Source of the DNA: Rhynchopus sp. YZ270_cl-10
Lineage: Eukaryota
DNA length: 64,000 nucleotides
Assembly: GCA_964035575.1 (NCBI GenBank)
Contig: OZ037846.1
Coordinates: 496,001-560,000, forward strand
Direction of reading: 5' to 3'
A model generated the notes under the pieces. That model was not told the origin of the DNA, ran no database searches, and worked only from the letters and a program-made list of their open reading frames with translations. Position numbers and translations under genes: made by a program. The first letter of the stretch is position 1; the number at the start of each line of letters is the position of its first letter. Shown here piece by piece: positions 45,535 through 56,870 of this stretch.

Positions 45535-48418
45535 CTAGCAGATGTACTTTACATCCTCTGGAGTAAAACATTCGGTCAACAAGCAATTTTTCATATGGCC
45601 GAAGTTCACATCCGCAGCTGTCAAATGCATCAGATCTTCCTTTTCCGAGAGCTTCCTCGCCTGTTCCCACTTCTCTCTCACCAAGCACTCGACCCAGGTA
45701 TTGTACGCTCCGTTCGATGAGAGCTTCGCTGCGTTCTCTAATTGATACATCCATTCATCCTCCGTGCAACGCACAATCGCCTGGAACGCGGTCACAATCA
45801 CTGTTCTCGTCGAATGCTTTGGACACAATATCGCGGAGAAATGCCTGTGCTCAAACCTTCCCTTCACCATTTCGGCGAATAGAGAATCCGCCGCAATCTG
45901 GATATTATGATGCGCACCGTATCTCTCCAACCCGTGCACCCATGCAACAGTTGACCCAAGCATGGTGTATCTCCTCATTGCTTGCGCTCCGATGTTTCCA
46001 GCACGGACACTTCCTGAAGCAATCGACATGTTCACTCCCTCCCCATATCCTTCCGGCCATTTGTCGCGAAGCAGGAGTGAGACTTCTGCAGCAGCTTCAG
46101 GGTGCCCAGAGCATGTTTTTACCCCGTTGAAGGTGATCAGGACGCGGTCTCCCGAGAATGTTTCTGGCAGCCCACCGCGGGTCTGCGAGGAGTCGATGCA
46201 GTGCTGGATGTACCCGGAGTGTCCTTGAATCACGGCTCTCTCTGAGGCACCGTTCATGGAGCGCAGGAACCCCTTCACGTTCACGCAGAGGAAGGACATC
46301 TTCTGCGCCTTCTTGCGTGTTGACAAGCCAGAGAGCCGTGTAGTTCTGGTCTTTCGGAATGTCGGAGTACCACAGTTTTGTGAGCGGGTCGTACAAATCT
46401 TTGCTTCCGGACGAGGACACAGTGCGTGTGTAGTCATAGTTCGAGTTTCTGTGTCCCTCCGAGTCGAGGTAGCCCCCCTCACGCATGTACACTGCCCATT
46501 TGTTGGTGATGCTCCCCTTAACAATAGGGTCCTCCTGCACAGTGAAGAGATTCGGGATTTCGCTCGTGGCGTAGCGCGACCACCCCCACTCGCCACGGTC
46601 CTTGTTGCGGTAGATAACTGACTCCATTCCTGTGTCTCTCTTTCTTGTGAGGCGGGATTTGAATGCTCCTCTCGCAGTGCTGAGCATCTGCACAAGAGTT
46701 CCGTCTGTCAGAGTCTTAACGTTTTGTGTATTCATGTCTGTTGCGAGCTGTGCGACATTTCTTCCTGAGTCAGACGCTGTGTCTACACCACGCTGTCCCG
46801 CGTTGAGAGTCAAAGCGAATGTGATTACCGTCAGCACCACCGCCATCGCCATGGAAAGCAGTGTGGATGACGTCGACAGGCTCACCCCTGTTGCATCCGG
46901 CAGAGGCACAGTGGTTTTCCGTGCCCACCACGTTTTTGCAAAAATCGCAACCACCAACACGGGAATGAGAACGATCGATGCAATCACCCCGGCCTGCTCC
47001 ACAACAGAACTGTTATCCTTCTCCGGGTCCTTCACAGGGTCCACATCTGCCGGTGGAGAAGGGGTGACGGGGAGGGGAACGTGATCTGGTTTCAAAATCA
47101 GAAGTTCACGTTCCCATGCTCTATCCCCCACTACCTTCCCGAGCTTCATGAAGGTGGCCAGCGCAATCATGTCGACAGGGTTCGCAGTGGTGGCGGTGGG
47201 GACGGCAAGCCCGTAAGAAGCACCTCTCACTCTGTCGGGGACAACGTTGATCACACCTTTCACCCCAGCCTTCTGCGCGGCGAGGATTGCGTCTGTTCTT
47301 GTGCATCCGTGAACGTGACCAGGCCCGAACATCACAATTCTCCCCTTCCAAGACTCGTTATAGTACCGCGGGTCGCAATACCATGACATGCTCTGCTGTT
47401 GGAAATAAATCACCTTTTCCTTCAAAGGGAAGGTGAAAGAAAGCGACATTTGTGTTTCAGCTCTTAACGGCGTGAGATCGTGGCTGTAGAGACAAGGCAA
47501 GTTTTCTCCCGTTGCAGGATCTTGGACTTGGAGGGGGCATGTGGTACACAGTCTGCGGGTTTCGTTTGAAAGCTTCGAGCAGAGGTCCTTGTGGGACATT
47601 TTCCATCCAGGGCACGTGTCCGACGCGTATTTTGAAGTATCAACTGAATCGATCCCTCCCAATGGGTCGAAGCTTGTCCCGCAGTTCGAAATCAGCCTCC
47701 CGTATGTGGTGATGTTGAGATCCGCCTTCGCATTTCTGATCGCTTGGAATAAGTTGTGCACAGGGAAGGAGAAGGCGTTGAAGACGGTCATGTTGTTGTA
47801 CTGCGAGTTTGTCATTTTGTCGAAGGGCGGATAGTTCTCATTTTCTTCCTTCAGGTAGCTGGTGGAGGACATCATGTGGATTAGAGCAGGCGCGCCTTTG
47901 CGGTACGGCTCTGGAAGGGCACCACCTGCCCCGCCCCAACAGTTAGGTGTGAGCACGATTTTGTCCGACATATCGCCCAGCGAAGACCACGACCCTGATC
48001 TGCACCCATCCTGCCCCCATCTCGTAGAGGTGGACACAAGGAGCTCCATTTCCTTCATGTGGTTCGGGTGATCTGGGGTCAGGTGGGACCCATCCGTGTG
48101 GGGAAGCATCTCAACCTCAGCAAGGCAGATACGTCTGCTGGTCCACTCCTCCCCAAGCCCTTTCGTCACCTCCAGTTCGTGTGCACAGCCTCCGCAGGCC
48201 TCGGAGCGCTTTTTCCACATATCGGGGTCGCAAAGCGCAGCCTGGAACTTCGGGTTCCCGAGGATGGTGTCGTAGTCCCCGTCTCTGATGCCTTCGCCGT
48301 ACCGAATCCTGTAAGCTTCAGCGAAGGTGAAGTCGACGTTGTAGAGGCACATCTCTGGATCCACAGCGCAACGCCTAGCGGCGAGGGTTGCCGTGAGAAT
48401 CACGGCCAAAGCTGCCAT
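45535..48418 (-). pseudogene. Receptor-type cyclase-like gene with PA domain, frameshifted near 46330
   Basis: Frame 1 has a signal peptide, Cys-rich ectodomain, PA motif KGRIVMF..GC..AQKAGVKGVINV and two TM helices. Frame 2, from about 46325, has SFLCVNVKGF, FSGDRVLITFNG, GNIG..RRYTMLGSTV and DEWMYQLE. Confidence 0.75.
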
Positions 48419-48992
48419 CGTGGGGTTGGTTTTCAAACTCTCCTCACCTATCTGTGTGTGTGTGAGGGAATGGGGACAGGTTGTTGTTGTTCTGAAACTG
48501 GTTCAGTGATGGACGGTGTTTGTTGAGGAGATGTTTGTACAAGGGAGTGAGGTATTTCAGGGGGGAATTCGGGTTTTTTTTTCTTTTTAATTTTTTGCAG
48601 GGGTATTTTTTGAATAACGCAGAGTTATGAAATCAAATTTCAATTCATATACATTCTTTTCGTATCGACACAAAAAAGAATGCAAAGAGGGTGCAAAAAA
48701 TGTACCCTTTCTTTTTTTATTGACATGTTTAGCAAAAAGTAAAAAGTAAAAAAGAGAAGTAAATGCTTAATAACGCAGAGTAATGAAATCAAATTGAAAC
48801 CCCGGAAACCCAAGTACAAGAAACAAAAAATAAAGTTGGTGCTCCTGAAAACCCCATTTTGCGTAGTTGTTGGTATTTTCGTACTTGGTATTTTTTATTT
48901 CTGGAGAACCAAAAGTGGGAGTACACTTATCAAAAAAGGTCTGTCGAACATGAAGCAAGTCCCAGATGTAAATCTGAGCAAACACAACAGTG

Positions 48993-50723
48993 CTACTTCA
49001 CGGAACAGATCTGAGGGCAACACACAACACTGCACGTCCCAGAAGGAACTGCGTGTGCTGGTGTGCCAACCCCTCCCGCAGCTGTCCATGCCATAGCAAC
49101 GTCAAGGTCAGACTGCTCACCACGCAGGTACCCACGCACGGCAATGTTGTACTCCTCCCAATGCTTCTTCCCACCTATCATGTACATCCACTCGTCAACT
49201 GAAACTGCTGTGTCCTCTTGTTTCGCAATCACTTCCGCCACAACCTGTGCCTCACAGCCAGAGGCAACCTCCACCTTGCACGGAAGCAGACGCAGCTGGT
49301 GTTCGCACTCAGCATCGCTGAAGCACATCCTGTTGCACACCACATCACACCCCAGCATACGCCCCACACGTTCCAGCCCGTTCACATCACGCACAAGCTC
49401 CCCCACCATGCTGAACCGACGCATCACCTCACAACCCATGTCACCACGCAGCACCTTCCCAGTCGCAACACCAGCATTCACCTTCTCACAAAAGCTGCTC
49501 GCACCCTTCAGAAGCAGGCTTGCTGCGTGCAGTGCAGATGTGGCATGTGTCGCACACTGCTTCGAGGCGTTGAACGAACAGTGGATCCTGTCCCCGATGA
49601 ACACGTCCACCATCCCACGTCTTGTCTCTGTTGCCTGCAGGGTCTTCAGGAGGAGAGTGGTGAAGAAGGAGGAGTAGGTCGCACTGTCCTTCTCCAGCAA
49701 ATGCAGGGTGTCCTTCACGTTCAGTGTCAGCAGGGTTGTCTTGACCGAGGACAGACCCAGTGGCAGGCACACTGGCAAGTTCTCATTTCTCAAATGTGAG
49801 GACTCTGTGGATGTGTCTGTTGTTTCTGTCAGGTCTCGCCCCTCGCTCTCTGAGTCCACCTTCTCCACCCCATCCTCAAAAGGCAGACACGTCTTCGGGA
49901 GGTACGCTTTGTACATGCGCAGGTTCTTCTCCAGTCTCCACAGGGCAGCAGTCATCCCCTCAGGCAGGTCACCCCCATGCACGTCCAGCATCTCCGCCAC
50001 CTGCTCCACGTCGTACCCCGCAAGAAGCGACGCAATCTCCTGCACAACACTGATCGTGCGCCTCATTGACTCCTGCTCCTTCAGCACGTTGTGCGCAAAC
50101 CTGCGTGTCACGAAGAAGTCGATCAGGAAGACAGCAAGAGTGGCGGTAAAGTCAAATGGGGGAAATGACGTCTTGCAGGGCAAGAACTCGCAGTCTGTCT
50201 TTTCACTCACGAGAGATCTCCGACTTTTGTGTTCACCTTCGTACGGCAACAACCCAGGAAGGTCTAACAAGCCAAACCTGAAGGAACTTTCACATGCCAT
50301 CAGGAGAAGCCACACCACTGTCGCACCCACGAACCATGCACTGTACCGTGATGGGACTTGCATCACAAGCAACATGTCCACAACCAGGATCAGAAGTGGC
50401 CAGTTAAAGAAACCATAAGTACGTGCGTCCAAATCCCACATGAAGACACCTACGCTGAAAGAGTACATATAACCCACCACAAACGTGGTGTGCAGTTTCT
50501 GCTTGCAGAGCACCTTCACAATACCAACGCACCCGCTAACAGCAACGATGCAAGACCCAAGCACGCTAACTGTCTGCACCGTCACATCGTACTGATGCAT
50601 GATGTAGGCTAACACATCCGCGACAACTGAAACCACAGAGAACACAAATATGATGGTGCGCTTCTTCACCTCGTCAGCACTGAGAGACCCGTCAATGGTC
50701 AGTGCGCTGTTCAGGCACCGCAT
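48993..50723 (-). CDS. Multi-TM class III nucleotidyl cyclase-like protein, copy 5
   Basis: Paralog with intact ORF. Confidence 0.85.
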   Translation of the reverse strand: MRCLNSALTIDGSLSADEVKKRTIIFVFSVVSVVADVLAYIMHQYDVTVQTVSVLGSCIVAVSGCVGIVKVLCKQKLHTTFVVGYMYSFSVGVFMWDLDARTYGFFNWPLLILVVDMLLVMQVPSRYSAWFVGATVVWLLLMACESSFRFGLLDLPGLLPYEGEHKSRRSLVSEKTDCEFLPCKTSFPPFDFTATLAVFLIDFFVTRRFAHNVLKEQESMRRTISVVQEIASLLAGYDVEQVAEMLDVHGGDLPEGMTAALWRLEKNLRMYKAYLPKTCLPFEDGVEKVDSESEGRDLTETTDTSTESSHLRNENLPVCLPLGLSSVKTTLLTLNVKDTLHLLEKDSATYSSFFTTLLLKTLQATETRRGMVDVFIGDRIHCSFNASKQCATHATSALHAASLLLKGASSFCEKVNAGVATGKVLRGDMGCEVMRRFSMVGELVRDVNGLERVGRMLGCDVVCNRMCFSDAECEHQLRLLPCKVEVASGCEAQVVAEVIAKQEDTAVSVDEWMYMIGGKKHWEEYNIAVRGYLRGEQSDLDVAMAWTAAGGVGTPAHAVPSGTCSVVCCPQICSVK

Positions 50724-51111
50724 CGTTGGGCTTTTGATCCTCACAAACCTTTGCTGTGTGTGGAGCAGGGGTGTGTGGATGTGTGTTGTGTGCACTGGTG
50801 GGTGGTGTGGGTTCAGTGTTGGGAGATGGACGTGACCACCACAATCGGGGTACTTTGCACAGAACTTAATCTCACTCAGGACAGGGTGCGCATTTTAGTG
50901 AACACGATTGTTTTGGTGATGGTGTATCGGAGTAAATAGTGTGCGGAGCAGGGGTGAGGATGGCAAGGATAACAGTACAATTTCTCCCCCTTTTTTTTGT
51001 GCACAATAAAGTAGTGAAAACATGGCACACGGCGAAAATGCCCTGTGCATCCACCAAAAGAAGAAAAAACTTAAAACCCCTCCCTTCCCCCTCCCCTCTC
51101 TTCTCTCATTC

Positions 51112-52329
51112 TCAGCTCTGTGGCCCTGCCTTGAGGACTGCGAGGATTTCGTTGGGACCTTCCTTGGTTTGTTGGGTGGCGATATCGATTGCGGTTTTGC
51201 CTTGGGTGCTTTTCGCTGTGAGGTTGGCACCCGCATTGACGAGGGCGATGACTGCCTCCTTCCTGAGGTTCATGGTCGCAATCATGAGTGGTGTGTAGCC
51301 TTCGTTGTCCGCAACGTCGATGTCGCGGTCAGGACGGTTCAGGATCGTATTGACCATGTCAATGTTGCCTGTGGACGCAGCCCACCAGAGTGGTGTCTTG
51401 TGCATCTTGTCCACGGAGTTGATGGCTGCTCCAGCATCACAAAGCACTGCAATCAGCTCCGGCTTTTGCGAACGCACCACAGTGCGGATTGCAGAGGTGC
51501 TTGAGCGTGTGGGCTGGTCGTCGGACTCCGCAGACTCGTACTGTACGTTCGCGTTGCCAGCGACCAGCGCACGCACCGTCTCAACGTAGCCGCGTTTGCA
51601 CGCAAGAATGAGAGGCGTCTCGTTGGCGTCGTCCTTCGCGTCCACATCGGCCTTCCTCTCAATGAGGAGCTGCACAGTGTCGTGGCGTCCGGTGATCGCG
51701 CTGACGTGGAGCGGGGTCTGCTTGTACTCGTCAACAGCCTCGATGTTCGCGCCAGCGTCCAAGAGAACCTTGCACACCGCGGTGTTGCCTTTGCGTGCGG
51801 CTGCGAGGAGTGCTGTGTTCTGCGTCTTGTTGCCCGCAACGGCGTTGACGTCTGCGTCGTGCTTGAGGAGGTAGTTCACTGTGTCGACACAGCCCGCCAT
51901 GGCCGCAATCGAGAGTAGCGGGTTGCCCACACCGTCGCGTGTCGTCACGTCGTTCCCGGCACTGATGCACAGCTTGAACTTCTCGAACATGTTTTCGTTC
52001 ACGAGAGTCCCATCTGTAACCTTAGCCGCCCCCTTGCGGGTGTACTCCAGCAGACGGAGGTGCAGTGCCGTGGTTACACCCATCTCCTTCAGGCGCATCT
52101 CGGCAGCCTTCTTCGGGCACACGCTTACCTTAATCACCTCGCCCCCTTCAATGACGGAGTCGCTCAGCTTCTGCTCCTCCTTGTCCAGGACGACTGCGCC
52201 GACCTTCATCTCGCAGCCGTCAATGTCCCAGGCCTCCTGAACTTTCTTGCGCAGGTCTGCCACAGTGGCGTCCTCCTCCAAGGTCACGGTCTTCTGCTCA
52301 GAGTCGAGCATCTGCGTGATGTATTCCAT
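51112..52329 (-). CDS. Ubiquitin-like N-terminal domain plus ankyrin repeat protein, 405 aa
   Basis: TVTLEEDATVADLRKKV..KLSDSVIEGGEVIKV (UBL), then about 7 ankyrin repeats (QTPLH, ETPLI, KTPLW, YTPLM). Confidence 0.9.
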   Translation of the reverse strand: MEYITQMLDSEQKTVTLEEDATVADLRKKVQEAWDIDGCEMKVGAVVLDKEEQKLSDSVIEGGEVIKVSVCPKKAAEMRLKEMGVTTALHLRLLEYTRKGAAKVTDGTLVNENMFEKFKLCISAGNDVTTRDGVGNPLLSIAAMAGCVDTVNYLLKHDADVNAVAGNKTQNTALLAAARKGNTAVCKVLLDAGANIEAVDEYKQTPLHVSAITGRHDTVQLLIERKADVDAKDDANETPLILACKRGYVETVRALVAGNANVQYESAESDDQPTRSSTSAIRTVVRSQKPELIAVLCDAGAAINSVDKMHKTPLWWAASTGNIDMVNTILNRPDRDIDVADNEGYTPLMIATMNLRKEAVIALVNAGANLTAKSTQGKTAIDIATQQTKEGPNEILAVLKAGPQS

Positions 52330-52780
52330 TGTGAGTTATGCTTGTGTTGTGCTGTGTATTGCTGTGATAGGGATCAGGGGTCGTCAAAGGGGAATATTTC
52401 CACTCAAAAATATCATCATATGCAATCAATAAAATAGTATATGAGGGATCAACAACAATGGTCCTATCTTTCTAAGAATAGAGACAGAGATTTATACACC
52501 GTAGTAGAACTGAGGCCAAACCTCAGTTTTGAAAGAAAAAAAAAAATTTTGCAGATTTGGAGAAAAAAATTTTTGCATTTTTTGGGGAACTGGGCTGCTG
52601 ACCGCACCATGAATCCCGTACCATACAGGCTGTACCCAAAATTTTTTTGCCTGCGGCGCCATTTTTCCTTTTTTGCTCCGCAAAAAAGGGTTCGTTGAGT
52701 GACTCTGTGGTGTAAAAGGCTAGATTTTTACACCGTACCCCAATTTTTTTCCGCCTGCGGCGCCATTTTATATTATTTTT

Positions 52781-54973
52781 GGGAAATATTCATATTGGAA
52801 CCGAAACTTTGGGGAACCGGTCATTTCGGAACCGGGAACCGGGGAACCGGGAACCGGTTCCCGGGAACCATACGGGGGGAACCAGGGAACTGGTTCCCGG
52901 GGACCGGTTCCCTGGTTCCCGTGTGGTTCCCCCTGTGGTTCCCCGTTACTGGGTACTGGGTACTGGGTACTGGGTACTGGGTACTGGGTACTGGGTACTG
53001 GGTACTGGGTACTGGGTACTGGGTACTGGGTACTGGGTACTGGGTACTGGGTACTGGGTACTGGGTACTGGGTACTGGGTACTGGGTACTGGGTACTGGG
53101 TACTGGCCAGAGAAGGCACCTTGACAGCTTACAGGTTACGGTGAAGATAAGGTATGTAAATGTGTTTAACTTTCAGTTACTTGTGTAGATTCAACAAGAC
53201 GTCCAGTGGTATTTTTTTAGTGTCTGTTTTAGTGTGAGTTATTGAAAAGGTTCTGTAGTACAACGCTTTCGTACGCCGTGTTTCACCACTTTTTTCATTA
53301 ACCTAACTACTTCTACGTTTGTACACCATAACTTAATCACACCCCACATTTATACAGGATCGTGAAATATGACTGTATCTGCGATTGCGATGAAAGAAGC
53401 TTCGCCTCGTCCGACATTCAACAACTCAAAATTCAACGGGTGTTCACCCGCATCAGTCTATTCTGGTTTGCGGGTGAAATACCTGGGGGTGGAAGGGTGG
53501 GGGGAACATTTTGTCAGTCACTGCTATAGCCATTTAACCCAGGGAGCATAGCTAGTGCAAGAAATTCGACTTTGGAAACCTTCCGGAAAGTCTGTCCTCT
53601 GCTTGCGGAGGACTAGACACAAGAAAATATTGCGTTCCCCCAGAAAACCAGTGCACATTTCACACTCCTTGTGGGTGGTCTTGTTGCCTTTTCGTCATAG
53701 TAATTTTGGCCCAGGCATGCTCTTGAAGCATGACAATTTAGTGTGTATGGGGCAGGGTGTTGTTTTGTTCTGAATTCTCTTTGTTATAACATCTAAGTCA
53801 ATCGCGGGTGGTGGTTTGTGTAGCGTGAGGCACTCTTTTTAGCAAACTTCCTGCGGCTGCTAAAGTGTTATTTCTTCGGATTTAACAACGTACAGCGTAA
53901 CATAGTGGTTTAGCCTGGTCGACACAACCTTTGATAGATACGGGATAACCAACCCCCTTCGACCCCTCGTGGGTTCACTGAACAAGCCCTCGTGGTAGTT
54001 AAACGCGATTGACATTTACATTCCTAGAGATGAAAGAACAAGATAACACTTCTGTACCCGCGCATCAAAATTGTGGAAAACTTTGCACCCCAAACACCCT
54101 CAACAACGCCCGCCAAAAGGCGCCCCTTGTTGCTGGGAGTTGTTCTCATGTTTGATACACTGCACAGCGGGCATTCCTCTGAGTCCAACGCATGTTTGGC
54201 CTGTCTGCGGCGTTGTACTTAAGGTGCACGAAGACAGGGTCTGGTGGTAAATTTTGCGTAGTACTGCGACGTGGTACTGCGTGGGTCTGGGAATTTGGGT
54301 ACCTGGGTACAGGAAATTTGTTGTGTAAGACATCAACCACCATGCATTGAGGAGGGTAAGACAGTGGTCGCAGTTTCTACTTACAACATTTAACTTCTCC
54401 ACGGGGGTCTTGGGCCGTTCACTCGGTTCTACCTTGACTACCGGAAGATATTCTTGAGGCCTTTTTGGTCTCTAGAATATCCGGTCTTCCCGAACGGAGG
54501 CACACTTTGTGTGTTACTACGACCTGGCAATTTCCAGCAGTAGGTTAAGTAATCTTTCTTGTAAATTGTTGGATCATTATCTCCTCAGTGCATGAATGCC
54601 CCACGTGACTGGACACTTTTGTGTTTGTCATGTGGAGCTGTGGTTGCTCTTTCACGACTTTTTTCCTGTTCCTGGGTACCTGTTCCTGGACCTGGACCTG
54701 GGTATCTGGGTACCTGGGTACCTGGGGAACCAGGGAACCAGGGAACCGGTTCCCTGGTTCCCCCTGTACGGTTCCCGGGAACCACAGGGGGAACCACACG
54801 CGAACCACAGGGGAACCACAGGGGGAACCACACGGGAACCAGGGAACTGGTTCCCGGGAACCAGTTCCCTGGTTCCCCCCGTATGGTTCCCGGGAACCGG
54901 TTCCCGGTTCCCCGGTTCCCGGTTCCGAAATGACCGGTTCCCCAAAGTTCTGGTTCCATTATGAATATTTCCC
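52781..54973. mobile_element. Non-autonomous Mutator-like element carrying the shared core (element 2)
   Basis: TIR GGGAAATATTCATA.TGGAACC, about 150 bp and GGGAACC-rich. 9-bp TSD ATTATTTTT at 52772-52780 and 54974-54982. (TACTGGG)x22 at 52947-53100. Confidence 0.9.
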
Positions 54974-55921
54974 ATTATTTTTTTTTGCTCCGCAAAAAAA
55001 ATAGAGTCACGTCCTCATATGGACGTGAAAAATAGCATCCGGGTGCCCTTTGTGGCACTCCTCCTGAAGGGGTGAAAGGTGCTGGGAAAGTCAGGCACAG
55101 TGCATGTGTGGGACCTGCTGGAGCCCTAGCCAGTGAAGCCATGAGGCCCCCTAGGAAACTAGCCGGTAGCCGGGAACCCTCCCTGGACAACGATGATACT
55201 TCAAACTTAAGTCCACTCCTTCCAAAAAAAGCCCCTCCGTGCCTGCAGCCCCCTCAGGAATAGCAACCTCACTTTTTTTGCACTTTTGGTAAGGAAAAAA
55301 ATCGTATATAATAGCCTGTAATAGAGAGGGGGAAAAAAAAAACGAAAAGGGGCCGGAACAACACACTGCATGTTTTTAGTGAATTGCAAAAGCGCCACAT
55401 CCACAACCTACCTGCACCATACATGAATAGACACCACAGTGAGGGTCAGAAGGACTATGTGTACTACAGTGGTGTTGGGCAACAACATTTGCCAAGAACG
55501 ATACGGTTCCCTTCTTATGGCTGCAATGACCTTTATTGTACACAGTGGGCAATATGCAAGAGCATGTGACAGCAACATCCCAACATCGCATCTATTTGAG
55601 AGTTAAGATTCGTAAAATAAGGACACAAATGATACACTCCCCAACACATTTTTTTTTTTTTTTTTTTTTGTTTTTGTTGTTTTTTTTTGTTGTTTTCTGG
55701 GTGGGGAAAGGGGGTACTTGAAAAAAGATGAATTTTACTGCGGAGAGTACGTGCCATCTTTTAAAAAAAAGAATAAAAAAAAAAAAACACTGTCAGATAC
55801 CCTTCAATCATTTTCTTTTGGCGATCAAAGATTTTTTTTTTTTTTTGCAAAAAAAAAATAGAGGCAAATAATAGGAAGATGTTTTTGCAAGACAGATTCA
55901 AACGGATGCATTTTTTTTTTT

Positions 55922-56870
55922 TTTCCCAACCTTCCTGTATACACGCGTCAGCAACCAATACAGGTAGTGTATTGAAATGATTCTGGGGGGGGGTAAGGGG
56001 TCTAATTTTAATTTCGTCGATTTTAAGAAAAATTTTGGCCAAAAATGGGCCCCACGTATAAGGAACCGGGCTCATATTTCTCAAAATTTAAGTGGTCAAA
56101 AAATTGTCCAATTTTCCGAAATGACCCCACCGCTGCACGGGCGGAGCCCAAAAATGCAAATAAGCCACTTTTTCCCAACCTTCCTGTATACACGCGTCAG
56201 CAACCAATACAGGTAGTGTATTGAAATGATTCTGGGGGGGGGTAAGGGGTCTAATTTTAATTTCGTCGATTTTGAGAAAAATTTTGGCCAAAAATGGGCC
56301 CCACGTATAAGGAACCGGGCTCATATTTCTCAAAATTTAAGTGGTCAAAAAATTGTCCAATTTTCCGAAATGACCCCACCGCTGCACGGGCGGAGCCCAA
56401 AAATGCAAATAAGCCACTTTTTGGTTTCATTGAAATGATGCGGCTGACACTGAGGAATTATGGTTTCCGGCGTCCCATTGAGGGGGCGAACCCTTTTTAA
56501 TTTTTCCCAACCTTCCTGTATACACGCGTCAGCAACCAATACAGGTAGTGTATTGATCCCAACCTTCCTGTATACACGCGTCAGCAACCAATACAGGTAG
56601 TGTATTGAAATGATTCTGGGGGGGGGTAAGGGGTCTAATTTTAATTTCGTCGATTTTGAGAAAAATTTTGGCCAAAAATGGGCCCCACGTATAAGGAACC
56701 GGGCTCATATTTCTGGTCAAAAAATTGTCCAATTTTCCGAAATGACCCCACCGCTGCACGGGCGGAGCCCAAAAATGCAAATAAGCCACTTTTTGGTTTC
56801 ATTGAAATGATGCGGCTGACACTGAGGAATTATGGTTTCCGGCGTCCCATTGAGGGGGCGAACCCTTTTT
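55922..56870. repeat. Complex tandem repeat with a unit of about 249 bp, roughly 3 copies plus partial units
   Basis: CCCAACCTTCCTGTATACACGCGTCAGCAACCAATACAGG recurs near 55925, 56174, 56506 and 56558. Confidence 0.88.

Noticed and set aside
52947..53100. Telomere-like G-rich arrays (TACTGGG, GGGTATCT, TACACAGG) and their repetitive ORFs
   Set aside because: They lie inside TIR/TSD-bounded elements and are not TTAGGG. The ORFs are by-products of stop-free repeats.
55380..55600. Possible C2H2 zinc-finger remnant
   Set aside because: Needs a frameshift and lacks a full ligand set.
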